In this document: piece after piece, positions 1 to 9,532 of the stretch
Layout of the letters: every line of letters begins with the position of its first letter
Position numbering within the stretch: the stretch's first letter is position 1
IMG/VR virus record: IMGVR_UViG_3300035497_000412
Reading direction: 5' to 3' (one strand)
Length of the DNA stretch: 64,000 bases
DNA from: a virus
Lineage: Duplodnaviria > Caudoviricetes
Translations under genes and position numbers: made by a program
The notes under the pieces: model-generated
Told to the model about the DNA's origin: nothing
The model's database searches: none
Seen by the model: only the letters and a program-made list of their open reading frames with translations

Positions 1-644
1 AAATTTTACTCTAATAAGGAAGAAAGAGATAGACAAATTGAACGGAACAAAAAGAATGCGGCCTTCCTAAATTTAATGCAAGAAGATATCAATGCCGCAA
101 GAAAGCGAGCTAGCGAAGAAATCGCAACTGCTGCTACTATTAGCGAAAGACTAATCAAAGAAACAATTGACCAGCAAATTAATAATGCGCTTAGTCGTTT
201 ATAAAAGGAAGTGTAATGAAATGTCGATAATCCATATATTAGTATTTACCTTAAAATTAGCTGCTATATTCATTATTCCTTTAATTTGTATATATATTAG
301 TTTTATTCTTGATTACATCGTAGATGATTATAAAGCTAATTATCGTTATAATCATTACGATGATAAACCTATCTATATATCTTTTGGAAAATTTTTGAAA
401 TTTTATAATAAGCATCCAGACAAATGCCACTGCTATTTATATAACGTATATATAAAAGAAAAACGTTTTAAATATGTTGTTTTTTTTAAATCTAATCTTA
501 GCATCTTACTATATTATGAATGGTATAGCATAAAACACCCTCATCTAAAAGAAAAAAAAGTAGAAAGACCAAATTATACTAAAGAATTTTTAAATAAGTT
601 TAAATAACAAAAAGCTCTCTTATATCATTATAAGAGAGCTTTTT

Positions 645-683
645 TGATTTTTATATATAAATATTGTATAATATTTATAGAAA
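645..683 (+). promoter_or_regulatory. representative of a recurrent sigmaA-type promoter TTGAY-N17-TATAAT-ATWTATAGAAA (about 20 copies, e.g. near 947, 1766, 4789, 7424, 8348, 12200, 13217, 14866, 21674, 40044, 42488, 48967)
   Basis: Near-consensus -35 and extended -10 with a conserved downstream ATAGAAA, usually right after a terminator hairpin. Confidence 0.8.
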
Positions 684-997
684 CTTAAAGGAGTGGTAGA
701 TATGTATTTCCGTTATGATGTTTATACCCCATACAATGACCATTTTGTTCATTACTTAATTGCGCCGACTCCCGATCGGGTCAATGAATTTTCTGATAGC
801 CTATTGGCAGCTGCTTCTAATATCGTTGCTCTTGAACATCCAGAAGTTGACATTGACGAAGTTCGTTCCAATTGTACCATTACTGTAACCGAACTTTCCC
901 GCAAAGAATACAACAGAGAAGTTTTTAACCACTAAAAAATAATTTCTTGATATTTCTATAAAAATATATTATAATATATATAGAAATTGAGAAAGGA

Positions 998-1723
998 TTG
1001 ATAAATATGCCTACTGCTAAAACTTATCAAACTTGGGAAACTGTAAGCGAAGTTTATAGTTCTTCTGGACGTCAGTATATTAATGTTCGTAATCCCAAGA
1101 CTAATGCCATTAAGACGGTACGTTGGTATTCCGAGAAAGAAGCCAGTAAAAAGACCGCCGTAACCGTGCAAGACGCCTATCATCGCCCAACAAAACTCGT
1201 TTTTGGCTTTGATAAAGGCTATATTACTATTTTTAAAGGCAATACTTATCAAAATCTTGAATGGTTTAAAACTTCCGTCGCGCGCTATTGCCGCACTTGG
1301 GGATGGTACATCGTCTCTACTGAAGCTCTTCCAGAAGATATTCCCGCTGATATTACTCCCGTGCAGCTCTCTTGGGATAGTATTGGAAATGAAGATGGAA
1401 CCCTCAAGCCAGATGAACAGATTAAGAATGTTGTTGACTCTTTAATCTATGATGAAGGGAATTCCTCTTATGTCGGCTCTGTTGGAGATCGTCTTGAGCT
1501 TGCCGTTACAATTACTCGTGTTATTGCCCTCGAAGGTAATTATGGTACTAGTAATATGTATATTATGAAAGACGCCGATGAAAACATCTTTGTTTGGACT
1601 ACTTCGACTTCCAAGAATTGGAAGGAAGGAGAGATAAAGAATATTCGCGGAACTGTAAAAGCTCATAAGAAGTATAAAAACGAAAATCAAAATATTTTAA
1701 CTAGATGCGCGGAGGTAAAATAA
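998..1723 (+). CDS. hypothetical protein with a probable C-terminal OB-fold
   Basis: Follows a TTGAT...TATAAT promoter and an AAAGGA RBS; C-terminus YVGSVGDRLEL...YGTSNMYIMKD...FVW resembles phage OB-fold domains. Confidence 0.5.
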   Translation: MINMPTAKTYQTWETVSEVYSSSGRQYINVRNPKTNAIKTVRWYSEKEASKKTAVTVQDAYHRPTKLVFGFDKGYITIFKGNTYQNLEWFKTSVARYCRTWGWYIVSTEALPEDIPADITPVQLSWDSIGNEDGTLKPDEQIKNVVDSLIYDEGNSSYVGSVGDRLELAVTITRVIALEGNYGTSNMYIMKDADENIFVWTTSTSKNWKEGEIKNIRGTVKAHKKYKNENQNILTRCAEVK

Positions 1724-1816
1724 TGGCAATTTACAGAAAATTGCCAAACCGCATTTGACTTTGTTGATTTTCTATAAAAAATAATGTATAATATTTATAG
1801 AAAATAAAGAAGGGGA

Positions 1817-3343
1817 TTGATAGATATGGAACCGATTATGCTTGTAACGGACGGAGAAAAAGAGGCTTTTTCTTCTATGATTAGAGATTATGGCTCAATC
1901 ACTGGAAGAGATATTACTCCTTCCGTCTCAATCGAAAAGATCCTTCAACCGTGGAATCAGAATAAAAGTCAATATCTCTTTAAACTTTTGGGAAATAAGC
2001 TTATTCTGTCTCGTGATATCACCTATGAGCGCAGTGAACAGGAAGTCCGAGAAGAACTCTCTTTAAAGCTTCTTGCCTATAATAACGAGTTTCAAAAGAA
2101 CTTCTACGAAGAGACCGTTACTAAGAGAGGTTTATGGGAATTGCAGTATCTTATGGATAGTAAGCTTCTTTATTCCACTATTAATACCAGCAGATCTGTT
2201 TCGTTTAAAGATGACAGCGGAAAGGTTATCAAGATTCCAAAAGGCTGTAAGATTATGAAGGGCCTGCGCAAGGTCGCAAACGCATTTAACATTGACGGAT
2301 TTGAAGATTTCCGTCTGGAGCACTCCCGCATTCTCAATCGCAAGTATCTTGAAGGTAATCTGCGTCTCTCTATCCACCCTCTTGACTATGCAACTATGAG
2401 TTTTAACGAATGTCGTTGGAGTTCCTGCATGACGTGGGATGGCGGAGAGTATAGACAAGGGACTGTTGAGATGATGAACTCCCCCTGCGTTGTAATGGCA
2501 TACCTCACCGCGAATAAAGATATGATTGTTGGACCTATTCATTGGTCGAACAAGAAATGGCGCGAGTTATTTATCGTTGATGAAGATATTATTTGTAATA
2601 TTAAGGGTTATCCATACGCGCATGATGGACTAGAAAAAATTGTTATTGACTGGCTAAAAGAGCTGTCTAAAGTAAATCTTAACTGGAACTCTTGGACTGA
2701 AGAATCTTATAAGATCTATAATAACACTCCTGTGACAATCGGTCCTTTGTCTCGCGCAGTAACATTCGACTTCTCTACTGGCTATATGTATAACGACATT
2801 TATGCTAATAGCTCTACTCCAGTGCTGGGCTATATTAGTTTGGACGCTGGAGAATATAGAGTAATTCATTACTCTGGGCCAAGTGAGTGCATGAGTTGCG
2901 GTGAAACAGAAATTGAAATTGACAATGAGCAATTCCTTCTTTGTCAAGATTGCGAACCAGTGCCTTGTTGCTCTTGCTGTGGTGAATATTACTCAGAGAA
3001 TGATTTAATTTACTATAATGGCGATAAATATTGTGAAGACTGCTTTAATGAGCATTTCTTCTGCTGTGAGATTTGTGAAGATTATGCTTCAGTGGAAGAT
3101 TGTAAAGAACTTTATCTCGCAGAAGATCGTGATGTTTTCTTTTCAAACCCCTGTTATATCTGTAGCGATTGCGCGACCGATGATAGATTTGATAAAATTT
3201 ATATTTATGGCAACTCCGCGGTATCTCTCCAGATTTCCAAATGCAGCCCGCAAATGATGAGACGATTCGGCTTTAAAGATATCAACGATTGGATTCATAC
3301 AAGAATGTCTTCTGCAAACGAATTTGAGACAATTGACAATTAA
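1817..3343 (+). CDS. hypothetical protein, HPLDY/KKWR motifs with Cys-rich Zn-ribbon tail (paralog of 5728..7116)
   Basis: LSIHPLDY..S...W.SC, SNKKWR and repeated CxxC, all shared with 5728..7116. Confidence 0.6.
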   Translation: MIDMEPIMLVTDGEKEAFSSMIRDYGSITGRDITPSVSIEKILQPWNQNKSQYLFKLLGNKLILSRDITYERSEQEVREELSLKLLAYNNEFQKNFYEETVTKRGLWELQYLMDSKLLYSTINTSRSVSFKDDSGKVIKIPKGCKIMKGLRKVANAFNIDGFEDFRLEHSRILNRKYLEGNLRLSIHPLDYATMSFNECRWSSCMTWDGGEYRQGTVEMMNSPCVVMAYLTANKDMIVGPIHWSNKKWRELFIVDEDIICNIKGYPYAHDGLEKIVIDWLKELSKVNLNWNSWTEESYKIYNNTPVTIGPLSRAVTFDFSTGYMYNDIYANSSTPVLGYISLDAGEYRVIHYSGPSECMSCGETEIEIDNEQFLLCQDCEPVPCCSCCGEYYSENDLIYYNGDKYCEDCFNEHFFCCEICEDYASVEDCKELYLAEDRDVFFSNPCYICSDCATDDRFDKIYIYGNSAVSLQISKCSPQMMRRFGFKDINDWIHTRMSSANEFETIDN

Positions 3344-3397
3344 AAAAAATAAGATTATAATATATATACAAACTTAAAAAAAGGAGCATGATTTTTT

Positions 3398-3847
3398 ATG
3401 AAGAAGATTTCTAAGCGCAATATGTATGAGGCCCTTATTAACTGGGCTAATGGTGATGACCTGGCTTTTACCTCTCAGGATGAGAATGGTAATGCTACCC
3501 TTTATGTCGTCACGAATGACGATCTTATGAATTTTGCTGAGAATGAGATCGCTCTGCTGGATAAGAAGGCGACGAAGGCCAAGGAGACTGCGGCTAAGAA
3601 GAAGGCTGAGTCTGATGTACTGACTAATCTGGTTGCGGCAGCCCTGACTGATGAGTTTGAGCCTGTCTGCGACATCGCAATTCGTGTTAACGCAGATGAT
3701 CCTGATGCAACGGTTGGTAAGATTTCTTATCGTCTGCGCAGTCTGATTGAATCTGGTCTTGCTGAGAAGGAGCAGATTACCATTGAAGACGAAGATGGTA
3801 AGAAGAAGAAGGTAATGGGCTATCGCACTCTGGTTGTGGTGGAGTAA
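3398..3847 (+). CDS. small basic/acidic protein, probable winged-helix DNA-binding protein
   Basis: Promoter and RBS upstream; KISYRLRSLIESGLAEK is wHTH-like; terminator hairpin follows. Confidence 0.45.
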   Translation: MKKISKRNMYEALINWANGDDLAFTSQDENGNATLYVVTNDDLMNFAENEIALLDKKATKAKETAAKKKAESDVLTNLVAAALTDEFEPVCDIAIRVNADDPDATVGKISYRLRSLIESGLAEKEQITIEDEDGKKKKVMGYRTLVVVE

Positions 3848-4021
3848 AATTAAAGTGGAGACTTTCAATTGAGGAAGTCTCCACTTTTTTATAGGTTTTC
3901 AGCCGGCCGGTATTGAGCGCAAGTCTTCGCCAACCTAAAAACAAAGAGCCTTTTAGAATTTTTATATTGACTTTAGCAGACAATTATGTTATAATAAAAA
4001 CAAAAAGGAGTTTGCGCCACT

Positions 4022-4792
4022 ATGAATTATTGCGTCTCTGGTCGCCAACCTAAATCAGTTATTAAATTGGCTGATGAGGTCATGGTTGATTATAAAGATA
4101 TTGAAATTTTATTTGATTTTATGAAAGATTTTCCAAACAAGAAATATATTATTCGAGTGCCGCGCGCGCAAGAGATTGACTGGAAACAGATTAAATTATT
4201 TAAAGATACAATTGATTTAACCATAGCTTTAGAGGATTTAAGAAACTATAAAGAATGCGTTAATCATAATATTCCTTTTTATTGGGCTTATACAATTACT
4301 ACTTATGAAGATTTAAATTGTATTGCGGGCATCGGTGCTAGTCAAGCTCTTATTTCTGGTCCTTTATATTTCGATCTCAAAGAAGTCTCCAAGAGAGGAC
4401 TAAAAATTCGATTAATTGCAAATCTCTGTTATGACGGTTTTATTCCCCACTTAAATGGCATTAATGGAACATATGTGCGGCCGGACGATGTTCCAGCCTA
4501 TGAGCCATATGTATCTACTTTAGAATTTAGAACAGATGCTTTGTCTAAAGAGGCCACCTTGTTAAATATTTATTCCCAAATGAAGGAATGGAAGGGAAAT
4601 CTTAATCTTCTTCTTTCTAATTTTAACTTCGATGTTGATAATAGAGCTATTCCTGTGGAATTCGCAGAAGCTCGAATTCAATGCCGTCAAGACTGCCAAA
4701 GAGCAGGAAGATGTCGCTTCTGTTTTACTGCAATGGACTTCTCACGCGCTATTGACAAAAACCGCAAACAATGGGTCGTAGGAGATAATTGA
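4022..4792 (+). CDS. peptidase U32-like protein with Cys-cluster C-terminus
   Basis: RLIAN, YVRPDD, GNLNLLL, DNRAIP and terminal CRQDC..AGRCRFC resemble U32-like families. Confidence 0.45.
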   Translation: MNYCVSGRQPKSVIKLADEVMVDYKDIEILFDFMKDFPNKKYIIRVPRAQEIDWKQIKLFKDTIDLTIALEDLRNYKECVNHNIPFYWAYTITTYEDLNCIAGIGASQALISGPLYFDLKEVSKRGLKIRLIANLCYDGFIPHLNGINGTYVRPDDVPAYEPYVSTLEFRTDALSKEATLLNIYSQMKEWKGNLNLLLSNFNFDVDNRAIPVEFAEARIQCRQDCQRAGRCRFCFTAMDFSRAIDKNRKQWVVGDN

Positions 4793-4847
4793 CTTTTATA
4801 TAAAAATTTGTTATAATATATTTAGAAACCTAAGGAAGTGATATATT

Positions 4848-5741
4848 ATGACAAAAAAGGAATACTGTTTGATGGAAACTTTGGTAAAATTTGAAGAAAT
4901 CCCCCTTCTTAATTACCTAACAAACCAGCTCAAACGATATTATTCAACAATTGATAGAGATAAAAACAATAACTATGTGTATGCGGCTGGTGATATCCCC
5001 ATTTTGCTGGTCGCGCACGTAGACACTGTTTTTGAGACTCCTCCCGACGAGCTTTTTTATGACAAGCGCAAACAAGTTATATTTACTCCATTTGGCGCAG
5101 GATTTGATGATAGAGCAGGTGTTTTTGCTATTCTTAAAATCCTTCATAAAGGCTACAAACCCCATATTCTTTTTACTAATGGAGAAGAACTTGGCGGTAT
5201 TGGAGTAAAAGCATTTTTAGAAAATTACCCTAAAAATGAACATATTAATTATGTTATCCAATTGGATCGTTCTGGATATTGCGATTGCGTCTTTTATCAA
5301 TGCGATAATCCAGATTTTACCAAATACATCTCTTCTTTTGGATTTGTGGAAGATTCTGGAAGCTTTACTGATATTAGTTTCATTTGTCCCATGTGGAAAA
5401 TTGCTGGTGTAAATCTCTCTGTTGGGTATTTGAATGAGCATAGCGCCAGTGAAATTCTATATGTCCGCCCCTTGTTTGCAACAATTGAAAAAGTTTGTCA
5501 TTTATTGGATGAAGTTACCATTCCGCGTTTTGAATATATTGCTCGGCGCAGAATTGTTACTTGTGATAAATGCGGCAGGTCTTTTTCTGATAAACAATCT
5601 TATTTTGTTGCAAGCAAAAACTGTATAGTTAAGACATTGTGCGGTTCATGCTTTGTAAAAAGCAAATTGAGCGTTTGTGATAAATATCATATATACTGCG
5701 AAAACAAGTGCAAAGAGGAGCTTTTTAATGGAACTAGATAA
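4848..5741 (+). CDS. M28/M20-family zinc peptidase-like protein
   Basis: AHVDTV, GFDDRAG, GEELGG, QLDR, FTD and GYLNEH metal-binding motifs. Confidence 0.75.
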   Translation: MTKKEYCLMETLVKFEEIPLLNYLTNQLKRYYSTIDRDKNNNYVYAAGDIPILLVAHVDTVFETPPDELFYDKRKQVIFTPFGAGFDDRAGVFAILKILHKGYKPHILFTNGEELGGIGVKAFLENYPKNEHINYVIQLDRSGYCDCVFYQCDNPDFTKYISSFGFVEDSGSFTDISFICPMWKIAGVNLSVGYLNEHSASEILYVRPLFATIEKVCHLLDEVTIPRFEYIARRRIVTCDKCGRSFSDKQSYFVASKNCIVKTLCGSCFVKSKLSVCDKYHIYCENKCKEELFNGTR

Positions 5742-7116
5742 GATTAAAGATCAGTTTGAAGCTGTCGTGTCTTATTCTCAAGGAATTGAAAATCCAAATG
5801 CTGATGAGTTACTTGAACAATGGTATGAAAATAAGAAAGATTTTATTTCTTTGTTTAATGGCCAGTTGATTTATGAATGTCCTGAAAAAGTTACTTTTCA
5901 TCTTAAACCTGAGACACGACAGAACCATGTTTATGATGTAATCGATATGATTATAAATACTTGGGATAATAGAGTATTAAGCGACTTTATTCTATTCTGT
6001 AAAGATAGCTTTTTCCAGAATGTCGTTCCAAATGATTATTATTATTCTAAATTTGATATCGTTATTCCAAAAGGTTCTAAAATGGTAAGGTCTTTTAAGT
6101 ATTTTGAAAAAGACAAAGAAGTTTTAACCGATATTCAAAATTATGTAAGTCGTATTATCCAAGAGGATAAAGTTGAGGGTCATTTATGCTTTTCAGTTCA
6201 CCCTCTTGATTATCTTTCTTCTAGTGAAAATACTTACCAATGGCGCTCTTGTCACGCACTTGATGGAGATTATAGAGCTGGCAATTTGAGCTATATGGTT
6301 GATAATAGCACAATTATTTGCTATTTAAAGGGAGACAAAGAGGAAAAGCTACCTTGTTTCCCCGAGGAAGTTAAATGGAATTCTAAAAAGTGGAGAATGC
6401 TATTGTTCTTTTCCAATGATCGCTCTATGATGTTTGCAGGCCGCCAATATCCTTTTGAAGCAACTTCAATTTTGAATTTTATTAAAGAGCAAGACGTCAT
6501 TAAGAAATTCTCCCCTGACGCGCAATGGTCGTGGGGAGAATGGTCTGATGAAAGAGTAGATAAGGTTGGAGAATGCGATTTAGATGTAGCATATTATCCG
6601 GTTAATGGAAAATTAATTTCTGCCAACGAACTAATTCAAGACAATAAAGATTCTTTGCAATGGAATGATTTGCTTCATTCTAAGAAATACAAGCCTTGTT
6701 ATTCCTATTTATATAAGACTAAAACACATTTTTTTAATAGCAAAAAGAAGTATATTTTTCTTGCAACTTCAGAATATACTCGTTTTCATATCGGCGGTAG
6801 AGTATCGTGTTTGCGCTGTGGTAAGAGTACAATTGAATATTCTTCATCATTCCAGTGTAAAGAATGTGATTTGATATATGGTAAAATTGAAGATGATCGA
6901 TTTGGCTATTGTAGCAATTGCGGCCAGCGCATTTTTATTGAAGATGGATACTTTGTTGGAGATGAATTGATTTGTGAAGCTTGTTATGAAACTGAAGTCA
7001 GGGAATGCGAATTGTGTGGAGCATTAGTTTATAATACTGAAATCAGTTATGATAGAAAAACGGGAAAATATATTTGTTATAATTGTAAAGAATATTTAGA
7101 AGAAGAGGAGGAATGA
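5728..7116 (+). CDS. hypothetical protein, HPLDY/KKWR motifs with Cys-rich tail
   Basis: FSVHPLDY..S...WRSC, NSKKWR, GRQYP; ATG at 5728 follows an AGAGGAG RBS. Confidence 0.6.
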   Translation: MELDKIKDQFEAVVSYSQGIENPNADELLEQWYENKKDFISLFNGQLIYECPEKVTFHLKPETRQNHVYDVIDMIINTWDNRVLSDFILFCKDSFFQNVVPNDYYYSKFDIVIPKGSKMVRSFKYFEKDKEVLTDIQNYVSRIIQEDKVEGHLCFSVHPLDYLSSSENTYQWRSCHALDGDYRAGNLSYMVDNSTIICYLKGDKEEKLPCFPEEVKWNSKKWRMLLFFSNDRSMMFAGRQYPFEATSILNFIKEQDVIKKFSPDAQWSWGEWSDERVDKVGECDLDVAYYPVNGKLISANELIQDNKDSLQWNDLLHSKKYKPCYSYLYKTKTHFFNSKKKYIFLATSEYTRFHIGGRVSCLRCGKSTIEYSSSFQCKECDLIYGKIEDDRFGYCSNCGQRIFIEDGYFVGDELICEACYETEVRECELCGALVYNTEISYDRKTGKYICYNCKEYLEEEEE

Positions 7117-7119
7117 CTT

Positions 7120-7410
7120 ATCGCAAGAGGTAGTACAGCTAAGCAGTCTGTTGAGTCAAAGATTGCGCAAGTTTTTGGAAATGATTATATTGGTAATATT
7201 GGTGGTAAGGTGTATGTATGGGCAGATGATGGTGGAGAGCGGGTTCAGATTGCCATCGCAATGACGTGTCCGAAGACCTTTGTCGAAGATGAAACGAGGC
7301 CGAAGCCCGCAAGTAACACTTTAGATTTTGAGATAGAAAAACCAAGAGCAGAGATTACCAAAGAGGAAAGAGCTACTATTAATGAACTCCTGGCGGCTCT
7401 TGGCTTGTAA
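7120..7410 (+). CDS. hypothetical protein, probable ATC start
   Basis: GGAGG RBS, then ATC GCA AGA GGT in frame with the 7210 ORF. Confidence 0.5.
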   Translation: MARGSTAKQSVESKIAQVFGNDYIGNIGGKVYVWADDGGERVQIAIAMTCPKTFVEDETRPKPASNTLDFEIEKPRAEITKEERATINELLAALGL

Positions 7411-7896
7411 TAATATCTTTTCTTGATTTTTGTATAAAAATTTGTTATAATATATATAGAAAGTGAGGAGGGGATAAAGCCCCCTCCTCATAAGAAAGGA
7501 TTGATATTATGGATATGTATCTGGCTCGTGTTAAGCACCAGCAGGAAATGGAAGATATCGTTACTAACATTTGTAAGGGAAATACTTCGATTTTTCTTGA
7601 TGACGATTTCTCTAGTGAAGATTTACGTTGGATCGAAAAAGAGGTCGAGCGCAAGACTGGTTTGAAATGTTCTTTAGCTCAGGGTTAAGAATTTCTTTGA
7701 TTTTCTTTTAAAAATATGATATAATATATAAAGAGGTTGATAATATATGAAGTTCAGTAAGATAAAGAATGGACTATTTCGCTGGAAAGGGTTAGTTTAT
7801 TCTAAAATTAGTGATACGCAAGCGGTTGCTATTACTTCTGGAAAAATTATTGACTTTTCACCGGATGAAGAGGTTGAAGAATGGTAAATTAAATAT

Positions 7897-7981
7897 GTTG
7901 TGATGCTGGAATAGGTAGACAATTTTCCCTTAGAAGGAAAAGCCGCAAGGCGTGGGGGTTCAAATCCCCCTCACAACACCA
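7897..7981 (+). tRNA. tRNA-Leu(TAG)
   Basis: Acceptor GTTGTGA/TCACAAC, loop CT-TAG-AA, long variable arm, encoded CCA. Confidence 0.9.
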
Positions 7982-8258
7982 GTAGGTTCTCTAGTCACCG
8001 GAGATAAAGACTAGAAAGAGGGTTAAAGGTCTACCTCTATAATAGGCCCATCTATTGACTGGTTCATTTGGAAGGTTCTCTATCCAGTAATAGAATGTAA
8101 GAAAACGGAACCTCTCCCTCCAGATGGCGCCAAAACTCAGGGGACATTGAGAGATTAAGATACTGGTGCTTAATCATAAAATTGCCTTTTGCCAGGGTTA
8201 AATAAAGACAACTGGCGACTCTGCCAGATGAAGGGTACACACTTCTGAAATGAGATTA
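7982..8258 (+). ncRNA. candidate structured RNA (hairpins and tandem pseudoknots) between two tRNAs
   Basis: TCTAGTC/GACTAGA hairpin; AGAGG/CCTCT with GGTCTA/TAGGCC pseudoknot; TCTATT-ACTGG/CCAGT-AATAGA stem whose loop AGGTTC pairs with downstream GAACCT. Confidence 0.45.
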
Positions 8259-8259
8259 T

Positions 8260-8336
8260 GCGGGGGTGGCGCAATCGGTAGACGCGGCTGTCTCAAAAAC
8301 AGTTTATTACGGGTTCAAATCCCGTCTCCCGCACCA
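8260..8336 (+). tRNA. tRNA-Leu(CAA) with short variable loop
   Basis: GCTGT-CTCAAAA-ACAGT anticodon arm, GGTTCAAATCC T arm, ACCA end. Confidence 0.85.
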
Positions 8337-8479
8337 AAAATTCTTTTTGATTTTTATAAAAAATATGATATAATATTTATAGAAAATTAAGAAAGGAATT
8401 GATAATATGTTTGATGATTTTGATACCCAGATTCAGAGTGATGAATTGGCTTATTACTATGAAAATTGGGAGGAGATCA

Positions 8480-8617
8480 ATGAAGAAGAATATTTTTAAG
8501 AAGTCTTCTGAAGAACTTCAAGAGTATTTGCAATTCCGTAAGAGAGGATTTAAAGTAGAGCCTAAGAAAGGTAAAGGTTCTTATAAAAGAAAAAGTAAGT
8601 ATAATAAGCTCCCTTAA
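8480..8617 (+). CDS. ArfA-like alternative ribosome-rescue peptide
   Basis: FRKRGFKVEPKKGKGSYKRK matches the ArfA KKGKGSYxR motif; GGAGGAG RBS. Confidence 0.65.
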   Translation: MKKNIFKKSSEELQEYLQFRKRGFKVEPKKGKGSYKRKSKYNKLP

Positions 8618-8619
8618 AT

Positions 8620-8694
8620 GGCGCATTAGTCAAGCGGCTAAGACGGCTGACTTTCGATCAGCAAACAGGAGTTCGATTCTCCTATGCGCTACCA
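8620..8694 (+). tRNA. tRNA-Glu(TTC)
   Basis: GCTGA-CTTTCGA-TCAGC anticodon arm, T arm, ACCA. Confidence 0.9.
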
Positions 8695-8723
8695 TGAACC
8701 TTTGTTTTGGTTTTCTTTACGTT

Positions 8724-8752
8724 AAGACCTGGGCAAGTCTTGAAACTACCCA
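8724..8752 (+). ncRNA. H-type pseudoknot motif, copy 1 of 3
   Basis: AAGAC-CTGGGCA-A-GTCTT-GAAAC-TACCCA; covarying homolog of 13156 and 13870. Confidence 0.55.
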
Positions 8753-8786
8753 TTCCTCAATTTTGAAGAAAGGTATGGTAAGATTT

Positions 8787-9014
8787 ATGAAAATTACAAA
8801 TATCAATCAGATCCATACAGTGCTTGCGACTATTGATAACTGTAAGGGTGATGTGCAGCTGAGATTTAATAATGGCGATTGGTTTAGTCTGAAGTCTCGG
8901 TTTAGTCGTTATGTTGCCATGGACGCTCTTATCAGAGATTGCAATGAAGAGCTTGAGCTTTATTGCTGCAATCAGCAGGATGAAGAATATCTTTATAAGA
9001 TTCTTCAAGGTTAA
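8787..9014 (+). CDS. small HPr-fold-like protein
   Basis: IDNCKGDVQL...FSLKS pattern resembles Clostridial HPr-like proteins. Confidence 0.45.
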   Translation: MKITNINQIHTVLATIDNCKGDVQLRFNNGDWFSLKSRFSRYVAMDALIRDCNEELELYCCNQQDEEYLYKILQG

Positions 9015-9021
9015 AAAAAAT

Positions 9022-9169
9022 GAGCTAGTGGCGCAATGGTAGCGCAACGCACTTGTCATAATAGTATAAGAAATATAGTTCTTATTTATAAGAAAAGATA
9101 TAAGTCCAAATCTTATTTATGGCACCATTAATGCGTGGGTTGCGGGTTCAAATCCCGCCTAGCTCACCA
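9022..9169 (+). tRNA. tRNA-Lys(TTT) split by a 73-nt tRNA-like insertion (exons 9022-9054 and 9128-9169)
   Basis: Acceptor GAGCTAG/CTAGCTC+ACCA; anticodon stem ACGCA/TGCGT; joining the exons gives loop CTTTTAA. Confidence 0.8.
9055..9127 (+). ncRNA. degenerate tRNA-like element nested in the tRNA-Lys anticodon
   Basis: GTCATAA/TTATGGC acceptor stem + A + CCA; T arm ATAAG-TCCAAAT-CTTAT; AT-drifted D and anticodon arms. Confidence 0.75.
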
Positions 9170-9344
9170 AATAAAGACCAGCTAATAGGGAACCTAGAAT
9201 ATTGCGTCTATGGCTGCTGGAATCCGCTACCTTTGCTATATATATAGCACAAAAGACCTTTTTCCTAAGAGGAGTCTTTTACGTTAGGCGAAACATTATG
9301 TGGAATTTTTCGTTTGTTTTTCTTTCCTCTTAGTTTATATATTT

Positions 9345-9434
9345 GCAGAAGTACTCAAGTGGTGAAGAGGTCGCTCTGCTAAAGCGATAGAACGAGTAAT
9401 CGTTGCGAGAGTTCAAATCTCTCCTTCTGCGCCA
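9345..9434 (+). tRNA. tRNA-Ser(GCT)
   Basis: TCGCT-CTGCTAA-AGCGA, long variable arm, GCCA end. Confidence 0.9.
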
Positions 9435-9437
9435 TAT

Positions 9438-9527
9438 GCTCAGTAAACCGGACAAGCGCGCCGGAGCTGTCTTGAAAACAGTTAGTAGGGTGAAACCTAT
9501 GGGGGGCGGGACCTCTGCTGAGCGCCA
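9438..9527 (+). tRNA. tRNA-Ser(TGA) with non-canonical D and T loops
   Basis: GCTGT-CTTGAAA-ACAGT, long variable arm, GCCA end; T loop lacks TTC. Confidence 0.8.
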
Positions 9528-9532
9528 TATAT

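Noticed and set aside
3895-3975. GC-rich islet followed by TTTTAGAATTTT-ATATTGAC, resembling 48899-48975
   Set aside because: Similarity is limited to a short AT-rich stretch near the promoter; too weak to call a repeat family
7897-7981. tRNA with TAG in its loop as an amber suppressor
   Set aside because: Anticodon TAG reads the Leu codon CUA; a suppressor needs anticodon CTA
7982-8258. tmRNA
   Set aside because: No tRNA-Ala-like ends or tag reading frame recognised
9438-9527. tRNA-Sec or opal suppressor
   Set aside because: Anticodon is TGA (Ser), not TCA, and TGA is used as a normal stop here
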